Origin: Candidatus Baldrarchaeum yapensis
Lineage (GTDB): Archaea; Asgardarchaeota; Baldrarchaeia; Baldrarchaeales; Baldrarchaeaceae
Assembly (NCBI GenBank): GCA_016840465.1
Contig: JAEOSH010000001.1
Span: 32,179-64,178 of the forward strand
DNA: 32,000 bases
Direction: 5' to 3'
Shown here: positions 25,046-32,000 of the stretch, in pieces
Position numbering within the stretch: position 1 is the first letter of the stretch
How the letters are laid out: every line of letters starts with the position of its first letter
Notes under the pieces: model-generated
Database searches by the model: none
What the model saw: the letters and a program-made list of their open reading frames with translations, nothing else
Told to the model about the DNA's origin: nothing
Program-made: the position numbers and the translations under genes

Positions 25046-26351
25046 GGTTGTTACGGATGTTGTTTGTCCCTTCTGTGGATGTTTATGTGATGATTTAGAA
25101 GTTGTCGTTGAAAATGGAAAGATAGTGGAAGTGAGAAACGCCTGCTCACTTGGAACCGCAAAGTTTCTTTCTGCACAGAAGGAGGACAGAATAAGAAAAC
25201 CTTACATAAGAAAAAACGGAAAATTCGTAGAAGTTTCCTTAGAAGAGGCCATTAATAAAGCGGCAGAGATTCTGGTAAATGCCAATAGACCACTACTTTA
25301 CGGATGGAGCTCCACCGAGTGTGAGGCGCACAGAGTTGGTATTATGCTGGCTGAGGAGTTAGGTGCCGTTATCGATAACACCGCGAGTGTATGCCACGGG
25401 CCATCGATAATAGCCGTACAAGAAATCGGTCTCAGCGGATGCACGCTGGGACAAGTGAAGAATCGTGCTGATCTGATAATTTATTGGGGCTCCAACCCAT
25501 CAAGTGCACATCCTAGGCATCTTAGCAGATATACAATGTTTTGCCGTGGTTTCTTTAGAGATAAAGGGGCAAAGGAACGAACTCTGATAGTAGTTGATGT
25601 CAGAAGAACAGATACTGCAAAGCTTGCCGATTACTTCGTGCAGGTCAAGCCCGGGGGAGATTATGAATTAATACAGGCGCTAAGATATGCTATTAAGACG
25701 GGAGATCTGGATAAAAATGAAGTTTCTGGCGTTCCCAGAGACCTCATATTGAAAATTGCCGAGTTAATGAAAAGTTGTCACTTTGGTGCACTATTCTTCG
25801 GCTTAGGTCTTACAATGAGTAAGGGCAAACATAGAAACATAGATGCGGCTCTAAGTCTTGTTAGGGATCTGAACAGGTACACGAAATTCGTTCTGATGCC
25901 CATGCGCGGTCATTACAATGTAACGGGCTTTAACACCGTGTCAACATGGATGACCGGCTACCCATTCTCGGTAGATTTCAGCCGTGGGTATCCACGATAT
26001 AATCCTGGAGAATATTCGGCTGTTGACGTACTTTTAAGAGAGGAATGTGATGCCGCACTCATCGTTGCGTCAGATCCTGTGTCTCACTTCCCCAGAAAGG
26101 CCACAGAGCATCTTGCAAGAATTCCTCTCATCGTTATAGATCCGCATTGGACACCTACCGCTATGCTCGCCGACGTAATACTACCGCCTGCGATTGCTGG
26201 CATAGAGGTTGATGGGACCGCTTATAGGATGGACCACGTACCATTGATGTTAAAGAAGGTCATAGATCCACCAGAAGGATGTCTGCCAGACAGAGAACTT
26301 GTTAAAATGATTTTAGATAGGGTTAGGGAATTAAAAGCGAGGAGTTCTTGA
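25038..26351 (+). CDS. fwdB: Formylmethanofuran dehydrogenase subunit B (molybdo/tungstopterin subunit, Cys type)
   Basis: MPEVVTDVVCPFCGCLCDDL is the N-terminal [4Fe-4S] motif. DNTASVCHGPS carries Cys where some methanogens have Sec. The ATG at 25038 overlaps the fwdD stop (ATGCCTGA) and follows GGAGGGG. Confidence 0.85.
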   Translation: MPEVVTDVVCPFCGCLCDDLEVVVENGKIVEVRNACSLGTAKFLSAQKEDRIRKPYIRKNGKFVEVSLEEAINKAAEILVNANRPLLYGWSSTECEAHRVGIMLAEELGAVIDNTASVCHGPSIIAVQEIGLSGCTLGQVKNRADLIIYWGSNPSSAHPRHLSRYTMFCRGFFRDKGAKERTLIVVDVRRTDTAKLADYFVQVKPGGDYELIQALRYAIKTGDLDKNEVSGVPRDLILKIAELMKSCHFGALFFGLGLTMSKGKHRNIDAALSLVRDLNRYTKFVLMPMRGHYNVTGFNTVSTWMTGYPFSVDFSRGYPRYNPGEYSAVDVLLREECDAALIVASDPVSHFPRKATEHLARIPLIVIDPHWTPTAMLADVILPPAIAGIEVDGTAYRMDHVPLMLKKVIDPPEGCLPDRELVKMILDRVRELKARSS

Positions 26352-26352
26352 A

Positions 26353-28770
26353 TTAACCAGCAATTTTTCTCTTCTTTCGCTTTTTCAACCACTCTGATAT
26401 TACTTTCTTCGTGCGCTCTATTTCCTCACGTGGTATCTTCTTTAGATATTCTACCATTTCACTAATTGCTTGGGCGAATTGTAAGCCTTCTGCAGCGCTG
26501 AACCAGGCCAGCCTCACTCTGTTTGTGTCCACTCCTAACTTTTCTAGTTGCTTTATGAGTCTCTCGTACCTCCGCTGAGCGTTTAGGTTTCCGGAAATAT
26601 AGTGGCAATCCCCAGGGTGGCAACCTGACCATAGAACCATACCTGCGCCCAATTCAAGAGCCCTGTATATGAATTCGGGCTTAACCCTTCCAGAGCACAT
26701 AACACGTATTATTCTCACATTGGGCGGATACTGTATTCTACTGACACCCGCAAAATCTGCGCCTGCATAACTGCACCAATTGCAACAAAACGCAATGATC
26801 TTTTCTTCTGGATTTTCCTCTAGCGCTGCCTCTATTTGTGCCATTATTTGCTCATCCGTGAACTTGTTCTGATCAAGTGCGCCTGTGGGACATTCGCCCA
26901 CACATGTACCACATCCCTTGCATGCTGCCAGTGTTATTGTTGGCGGAGTTTTTCGAAGTTCCTCTATCGTTATTGCGTTGAACGGGCAAACCTTCTGGCA
27001 CAATCCACATGATTTACACACTTCTGGATGTGCTAAGAAAGATGTTATCCCCTCTACTACCACCTGACCGCTAACAAGCAATCTTGCAGCTCTCGCAGCG
27101 GCCGCGCTTGCCTGCGTAACACTGTCTTTGATATCCTTCGGCCCCTCCGCACCACCACATATGAATATTCCATCGGTCGCTGTATCTACCGGTCTGAGTT
27201 TCGGATGTGCCTCGAGGAAGAAGCCACTCTCTCCTGTCTGAAGGGGAGTTACTTTTAGTAATTCCTTAGATCCCTCAGATGGCACCGCACCTACCGATAG
27301 TATCACGAGATCTGCTTCTATTGTCATTAATCTACCAGATAGCGTGTCTTCGAATGTTATTAGCAGGTTCTTTGTCTTCTTGTCCTCTCTTATTTCGCTG
27401 GGGTGCGCACGTATGAACCGAACACCAAACTCTCGCACCCTTCTATACAGTTCCTCAAATCCTTTCCCAAATGCTCTTATGTCCATGTATAACACTGTAA
27501 TCTCGGTGTCCGGCCAGTGCTCCTTTATTAAGAAGGCGCTTTTCAGTGTTTCCATGCAACAATAGTATGAGCAGTAAATCCTTCCCGTTCTCTTATCTCT
27601 CGTTCCAACACATTGTATGAAAACTACATGCTTTGGTCTCTTTCCATCGGAAGGTCTCACGAGTTCGCCACCAGTGGGTCCTGCTGCGTTAGTCAGTCTT
27701 TCGAACTCCATCGTTGTGATCACGTTTTCGTAGATACCATATCCCCATTCCTTCAGTTCCTCTTTACTAACGGTATCAAATCCAGTTGCTACAATTATGA
27801 CGCCGACCTTTAACTCCTTGATTTCGGGTTGCATGTTGAAATCTATAGCCTTAGGCTCGCAAACTTTCTCACAGAGCCGACATTTGATACAGTGATCCAT
27901 ATCAATGAGGTAAGAGGGAGGAATTGCCTGTGCGAATGGTATGTATATTGCTTTTCTTGGTGATAGCCCGACATCAAACTCGTTAGGAACTATTACCGGA
28001 CAAACGTTTGCGCACTCTCCACATGCAGTACACTTATCTTCGATTACGTATCTGGGCTTTTTCAGTACCTTTACGGTAAAGTTACCGACGTACCCACTTA
28101 TCTCCAGTATTTCCGAATATGCCAAAATTTCTACATTTGGATGGTGGTACACCTCAGCCATTTTTGGTGCAAGTATACATATTGAACAATCGAGCGTTGG
28201 AAACGTTTTATCAAGTTGGGCCATACGTCCTCCTATTGAGGGTGCGCGCTCAACCAGATATACTTTAAACCCCATATCCGCAAGATCTAATGCCGCCTGA
28301 ATTCCCGCAACTCCTCCTCCTATTACCAACGCCTTATTCTCCACCGGAACCACTATATCCTCTAATGGCTTTAACAAACGTGCTTTTGCAACTGCCATCT
28401 TAACGAGGTCCTTTGCCTTTTTTGTCGCCTTTTCGGGTTCCCAGAGATGGACCCATGAACAGTGCTCTCGTATGTTTGCTATTTCTAGTAAGTATTTGTT
28501 AAGGCCTGCCTTCTCAACACATCTTCTAAACGTTTCCTCGTGAAGGCGAGGGGTACAACATGCTATCACAACGCGATTCAAGTTATATTTCTTTATATCC
28601 TCTTGAATTTCTCTTTGTCCGACCTCACTGCACGTATATAAGAGATGTTTCGAGACAACAACCCCAGGAAGCGTTGATGCAAATTTTGCAACTTCTTCAC
28701 AGTCAATAATGCCTCCAATGTTTTTACCACAGTGACAAACATATACTCCTATTCGCACCTCATCGGACAT
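26353..28770 (-). CDS. hdrA: Heterodisulfide reductase subunit A fused to a C-terminal MvhD domain (HdrA-MvhD)
   Basis: HdrA motifs: IGVYVCHCGKNIGG, GGGVAGIQAALDLA, CTACGECANVCP, CIKCRLCEKVCE, CSYYCCM, GFFLEAHPKLRP, CKSCGLCQKVCP and CKGCGTCVGECP. The MvhD domain reads IIAFCCNWCSYAGADFAG...IRVMCSG...SGCHPGDCHY. The ATG at 28770 is preceded by GGAGG. The 32-codon upstream extension in the track is Q-rich and unsupported. Confidence 0.85.
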   Translation of the reverse strand: MSDEVRIGVYVCHCGKNIGGIIDCEEVAKFASTLPGVVVSKHLLYTCSEVGQREIQEDIKKYNLNRVVIACCTPRLHEETFRRCVEKAGLNKYLLEIANIREHCSWVHLWEPEKATKKAKDLVKMAVAKARLLKPLEDIVVPVENKALVIGGGVAGIQAALDLADMGFKVYLVERAPSIGGRMAQLDKTFPTLDCSICILAPKMAEVYHHPNVEILAYSEILEISGYVGNFTVKVLKKPRYVIEDKCTACGECANVCPVIVPNEFDVGLSPRKAIYIPFAQAIPPSYLIDMDHCIKCRLCEKVCEPKAIDFNMQPEIKELKVGVIIVATGFDTVSKEELKEWGYGIYENVITTMEFERLTNAAGPTGGELVRPSDGKRPKHVVFIQCVGTRDKRTGRIYCSYYCCMETLKSAFLIKEHWPDTEITVLYMDIRAFGKGFEELYRRVREFGVRFIRAHPSEIREDKKTKNLLITFEDTLSGRLMTIEADLVILSVGAVPSEGSKELLKVTPLQTGESGFFLEAHPKLRPVDTATDGIFICGGAEGPKDIKDSVTQASAAAARAARLLVSGQVVVEGITSFLAHPEVCKSCGLCQKVCPFNAITIEELRKTPPTITLAACKGCGTCVGECPTGALDQNKFTDEQIMAQIEAALEENPEEKIIAFCCNWCSYAGADFAGVSRIQYPPNVRIIRVMCSGRVKPEFIYRALELGAGMVLWSGCHPGDCHYISGNLNAQRRYERLIKQLEKLGVDTNRVRLAWFSAAEGLQFAQAISEMVEYLKKIPREEIERTKKVISEWLKKRKKRKIAG

Positions 28771-28795
28771 TATCCATTGCCTCCTTTCCGGATTA

Positions 28796-28815
28796 TTGTA
28801 ACTTGTAATTGTAAG
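28796..28815. repeat. Three tandem TTGTAA(C/T/G) heptamer-like units (minus strand: TTACAA x3) in the hdrA leader
   Basis: The units are TTGTAAC, TTGTAAT and TGTAAG, read directly at 28796..28815. They lie 26-45 nt upstream of the hdrA ATG. Confidence 0.5.
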
Positions 28816-28870
28816 ATCAGCTTGCAGACTGCTCTGTTGTTGAGTAATACTGTTATTAAGCTTCACTTAC

Positions 28871-28938
28871 TCGTACTGATGATCTACTAAATTAATACAG
28901 GTAAAAGTTTTGTTTGTAATTCGTGATCATCAGTATGA
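28871..28938. repeat. 14-nt inverted repeat (one mismatch) bracketing a TATA-like element upstream of hdrA
   Basis: tcgTACTGATGATC (28871..28884) and GATCATCAGTAtga (28925..28938) form the repeat. The 11-nt core is perfect. The 40-nt spacer contains ctaaattaatacag, which reads TATTAATTTAG on the minus strand. Confidence 0.6.
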
Positions 28939-29080
28939 TTCGAGGTTTATGCTGATTGGACGATTTGTTATTCTGCTCATGTTGCAATTTCCTTATCCAC
29001 CCACAGCAGAAAGAGTAAGAATCACTTACGTAAAAAATTTAACTCGGATCATGATTAAATCATGTACATGGATATGATAT

Positions 29081-29154
<74 letters not shown>

Positions 29155-29158
29155 TTCT

Positions 29159-29947
29159 TCATTTTAGCGTTTTAAACCATTCTTTGATTTCGATCGGGCG
29201 AAAGGCTTTTAACACCACACCTGGAAGTTCATTTCCTATTTCTGCTATGATACCGGGCGCTGTTGTTCCCCTTTTGCATACAATTGCATGTTCTAGTAAT
29301 CCTAACCTTTCAATTCTTATTATGTCTCTTAAGTGGCCTGTTCTTATGATGGCCTTTCGTACCGTCTGGCGGGGAGCGCCGCACACGATCACTCTCTCTA
29401 ATCCACTTCTTACCCATCTTTTTATTGTCTTTAATTGATTTTCTGAAATTTCAGCTTCTATCTCCATGTTAACGTTATTTATGTCTACAATTTTTATTTC
29501 AACTGGCAAATTGTCTATTAGGGCGAACTTCTGTGAGATTTGTCTTAATGGAACCTTTGCAGAAGCAACAAGTTGCTTTCTAAGTTTATAAAGCGGAAGA
29601 AGTGCATCTTTTGGGACGGGTTTTACGACTCCTATGTCGACATAGATGCCGTAGCCGAACTCTTCCGAGTCTATTATTCGTCCTCTTAGAACATCTCCTT
29701 CGCTTATCTCATCAAACGACTTTATTGACTGATATTCCATTCTCAGATAATTTGCAGCAACTTCAGCGTCTTCCCCCTCTATAACTACTTTAACATAGTT
29801 TCTTTTATTATCTGCGATAGATACGTCAACAATCCTGGCGTCAAGAGACCCTATTTTTCTCTTAATAATATGTTTAAGGGATTGTATTGCCTGATCCCGA
29901 AACGGACCGTATATCTTCTCCAGTAGTATTACCTCGGTGCGTGCCAT
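29159..29947 (-). CDS. Conserved archaeal protein with a central S1/OB-like domain (DUF2110-like)
   Basis: The S1-like segment is EGDVLRGRIIDSEEFGYGIYVDIGVVKPVPKDALLPL. The gene overlaps the end of tfe by 19 nt. As far as I remember, tfe-DUF2110 pairing is common in archaea. Confidence 0.55.
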   Translation of the reverse strand: MARTEVILLEKIYGPFRDQAIQSLKHIIKRKIGSLDARIVDVSIADNKRNYVKVVIEGEDAEVAANYLRMEYQSIKSFDEISEGDVLRGRIIDSEEFGYGIYVDIGVVKPVPKDALLPLYKLRKQLVASAKVPLRQISQKFALIDNLPVEIKIVDINNVNMEIEAEISENQLKTIKRWVRSGLERVIVCGAPRQTVRKAIIRTGHLRDIIRIERLGLLEHAIVCKRGTTAPGIIAEIGNELPGVVLKAFRPIEIKEWFKTLK

Positions 29948-30492
29948 GCCGCCGTACTCCTTACACTCTCCAAGTCCTTTTCTAACTTACTAATCATTAT
30001 TTCCAGAACCTTGATCATTTGAGAGTTATCGAAGGGTACAAGTGGTGACTTGCACACTGGACATTCAAAGTAGTTCTCCATGGCCTCTTCAAATTTGTAT
30101 CGTTTTAGATTGTGATTTGGACAGTAGTAATAATTCCCAGACCGCTCATATTCTAACCTTTCTTTTAACTTCTTAAGGACTTCACGTTTCCTCCTTATTA
30201 CGAGGTCCTTTATGTTCTCGAGGTTTATCCTCCAGAAGTATGTATACCATCCAGTTTCTTCATCCCGCACTCTCCTATAGATCGCAATATTGTAGTTATG
30301 AAGAAGGTATAGTATTTTTCTGACTTCATTTGCTTTCATCTTAAGCATTTGAACAAGTTCCTCGTCTGTTGCTTCTTTTTTCTTCAACAACGCAAGAACA
30401 ACGTCGAGAGCTGCTTTACCCCCGATGTCTAGGATGACCGCCGAGAGCAACGATAGAAGTTCTGGGTTAATATTGAGTTCTTCACTCGACAT
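29929..30492 (-). CDS. tfe: Transcription factor E (TFE, TFIIE-alpha homolog)
   Basis: The winged-helix part reads ATDEELVQMLKMKANEVRKILYLLHNYNIAIYRRVRDEETGWYTYFWRIN. The zinc ribbon reads YYYCPNH....FECPVCKSPL. The ATG at 30492 is preferred; the track GTG at 30504 is also possible. Confidence 0.85.
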   Translation of the reverse strand: MSSEELNINPELLSLLSAVILDIGGKAALDVVLALLKKKEATDEELVQMLKMKANEVRKILYLLHNYNIAIYRRVRDEETGWYTYFWRINLENIKDLVIRRKREVLKKLKERLEYERSGNYYYCPNHNLKRYKFEEAMENYFECPVCKSPLVPFDNSQMIKVLEIMISKLEKDLESVRSTAAWHAPR

Positions 30493-30727
30493 TCTTGCAA
30501 GCACACTCGTTTTCTCTTTTCACCTTTAATTAATTATAAATAAAAATTGAAGTTAAAACTTATCCCATCAGGTGAAAGAGTCAGGCATCATAGTTAGCAT
30601 GTGATACGAATTTTCCATTTATAATTTTACGATTGAACTTTAGTTATCGGATAATAAAGAGTGCGATACCTTTATAGATACTCGTTACTCACTAAGGCAA
30701 GAGTCCCCGAAGAGGAGTTGAGAGAAA

Positions 30728-30955
30728 ATGCCTTATAAGATCGTACCACTATATTCGAAATGTATAGGATGCGGAGATTGTGTTACCGCTTGTCCGATAA
30801 ATGCAATAGGAAAAAGAACTGCACGTGCAGACATGGTTACGCTCAGGGTGAGAAATGGAAAGGTTGAAGTTGTTAATGAAGAATTGTGCGATGGTTGTGG
30901 CGTTTGTATAGAGGCATGCCCCACTAAGGCAATAAAGATAGAATTTGTCCAGTAA
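30728..30955 (+). CDS. Small 2x[4Fe-4S] ferredoxin (75 aa), paralog of the FwdG-like protein
   Basis: The motifs are CIGCGDCVTACP and CDGCGVCIEACP, separated by the same LRVxNGxVxVxNEELC insert seen in the 24333..24602 product. An SD (GAGGAG) lies upstream. Confidence 0.8.
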   Translation: MPYKIVPLYSKCIGCGDCVTACPINAIGKRTARADMVTLRVRNGKVEVVNEELCDGCGVCIEACPTKAIKIEFVQ

Positions 30956-30972
30956 GAAATGAGTAAAAAGTA

Positions 30973-31401
30973 TTATTGTTGGCTTGTACTTTCATCTGGG
31001 AAGAGCGGCCCCAATTTTATTATCTGTTCTGTGAATTCCTTCACTACTTGTGAAAATTTGAGTCCCTCTGAGGCCGATACCCATTCCAGCCTCAGTCTTT
31101 CGGGCTCTATCCCTATCGCCTTAAGTAGTTTTTTTAATTTCTTGATCCTTCTCTCAGCTATTAGATTTCCTTCAACGTAATGGCAATCTCCAGGATGACA
31201 TCCACATATTAGCACGCCGTCTGCGCCGTTTTCGAACGCTTTTAGCACGAAGATCGGGTCTACTCTTCCACTGCACATTACTCTAATTATTCTAATTGTG
31301 GGAGGATATTGGAATCGGCTAATCCCAGCCAAGTCCGCACCGCCATATCCACACCAATTACAACAAAAAGCTAAAATCCGTGGAAATTTCCAATTAGACA
31401 A
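30973..31401 (-). CDS. mvhD: MvhD-like protein (methyl-viologen-reducing hydrogenase delta subunit family), stand-alone
   Basis: Supporting segments are ILAFCCNWCGYGGADLAG, IRVMCSGRVDP and CGCHPGDCHY. The start overlaps the upstream hdrA-like stop by 8 nt. Confidence 0.85.
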   Translation of the reverse strand: MSNWKFPRILAFCCNWCGYGGADLAGISRFQYPPTIRIIRVMCSGRVDPIFVLKAFENGADGVLICGCHPGDCHYVEGNLIAERRIKKLKKLLKAIGIEPERLRLEWVSASEGLKFSQVVKEFTEQIIKLGPLFPDESTSQQ

Positions 31402-32000
31402 TTACCTCACCCCTTAGTGCTGTATTAACCATTGCAAGGATTTGTTCATTCGTGAAGTGACGCGGTATTATTGCGCCGACCGGGCATGCGGCCTCACATG
31501 CCCCACAGCCCATGCATAAGACGTTTACTACGTGTGCTTTTCTGATAGTTATCTCGAAGCCCTTCATTTTCTTCGTTATTGTCTTCATTTCGATAGCGCC
31601 AGCGGGACATACCGCGGCACATCTACCACATCCAATACATTTGTCTTCGTCAACAACAGATGTTATACCTTCCACAATAACGTATCCTCTTGATAGCAAT
31701 ATTCCTGCTTTTGCAGCCGCACCAAGTCCTTGCGCTATGGCCTCATCAGCGCTCTTTGGATAGTGTATTGCGCCACAGAGGTATATTCCTTCACTCATGA
31801 ACTCCAATGGCCTGAGTTTCGGATGTGCCTCGAGGAAGAAGCCATTCGCATCTCTAGGGACTTTAAGCATTTGAGCCAGTTCGAAGGCGTCTTCTTCTGG
31901 CACTATTGGCGTGGACAAACATACCCTGTCGGCTGGGATTTCGATATATTCTCTTAATAGTGAGTCGTATACGCGCACCTTTAGCTTTCCGTTGAACTTT
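31394..32000 (-). CDS. hdrA: HdrA-like protein, C-terminal part (N-terminus beyond the window end)
   Basis: Supporting motifs are GFFLEAHPKLRP, CIGCGRCAAVCP and CMGCGACEAACP. The reading frame stays open upstream of the track GTG (31978) to the window edge (…KFNGKLKVRVYD…). Confidence 0.8.
   Translation of the reverse strand, partial: KFNGKLKVRVYDSLLREYIEIPADRVCLSTPIVPEEDAFELAQMLKVPRDANGFFLEAHPKLRPLEFMSEGIYLCGAIHYPKSADEAIAQGLGAAAKAGILLSRGYVIVEGITSVVDEDKCIGCGRCAAVCPAGAIEMKTITKKMKGFEITIRKAHVVNVLCMGCGACEAACPVGAIIPRHFTNEQILAMVNTALRGEVIV

Noticed and set aside
25038-28770. Selenocysteine (in-frame TGA) in FwdB, HdrA or MvhD
   Set aside because: All three reading frames are uninterrupted. FwdB has a Cys codon at the position that is Sec in some methanogens (ASVCHGPS). 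I saw no SECIS-like need.
28771-28866. A 32-codon N-terminal extension of hdrA in the track (MKLNNSITQQQSSLQADLTITSYNNPERRQWI)
   Set aside because: It is Q/S/T-rich and unlike HdrA N-termini. The internal ATG at 28770 is preceded by GGAGG at ideal spacing and gives the canonical MSDEVRIGVYVCHCG start.
28874-28955. A possible C/D-box sRNA (CTGATGA at 28876..28882, CTGA at ~28951)
   Set aside because: There are no convincing D' or C' boxes at the expected spacing. The C box lacks the preceding purine. The TGATGA is better explained as part of the 14-nt inverted repeat.
29051-29063. The palindrome ATGATTAAATCAT and the nearby TTACGTAA (29026..29033) upstream of tRNA-Val
   Set aside because: They are short AT-rich palindromes overlapping the expected tRNA TATA region, and probably just promoter sequence.

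Overview
The window is almost entirely coding and looks archaeal. Evidence for that: archaeal-only families (GGGP synthase, TFE, ACDS Cdh subunits, MptA, beta-RFAP synthase), K/E/I-rich proteins, a tRNA with GC-rich stems, TATA-like boxes and Shine-Dalgarno-coupled operons. It is dominated by a tetrahydromethanopterin (H4MPT)-type C1 / Wood-Ljungdahl island with four parts. (i) An eight-gene minus-strand operon (11550 to 3403) holds H4MPT-biosynthesis genes: DUF447, beta-RFAP synthase, an ASKHA/DUF1464-like gene, DmrX-like reductase, archaeal DHPS-like protein and MptA. It ends in two tandem uncharacterised Pol-beta-type nucleotidyltransferase paralogs, and a PurM/AIR-synthase-like gene is transcribed divergently from it. 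(ii) A complete cdhABCDE acetyl-CoA decarbonylase/synthase operon (21062 to 13773) is followed by a DUF166 gene. Its CdhE carries an extra, diverged copy of the corrinoid-binding domain. (iii) ftr, mtd and a partial formylmethanofuran dehydrogenase set (polyferredoxin, fwdG-like, fwdD, fwdB) are present. (iv) Two HdrA/MvhD modules are present, one fused (HdrA-MvhD) and one split (hdrA running off the window, plus mvhD). They flank tRNA-Val(CAC), a TFE gene, an S1-domain DUF2110-like gene and a small ferredoxin. The left end carries a partial NFACT/Rqc2-like gene, a small membrane protein, a TPR protein coupled to GGGP synthase, and a CooT-like/RAM-domain gene pair. I saw no mcr, mtr, mer, mch, hdrBC, mvhAG, fwdA or fwdC, and no CRISPR array, IS element or integrase. 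The best candidates for new biology are the NTase pair at the tail of the H4MPT operon, the two-corrinoid-domain CdhE, and the HdrA-MvhD/Fwd neighbourhood. All functional calls rest on motif recognition by eye; no database search was possible.
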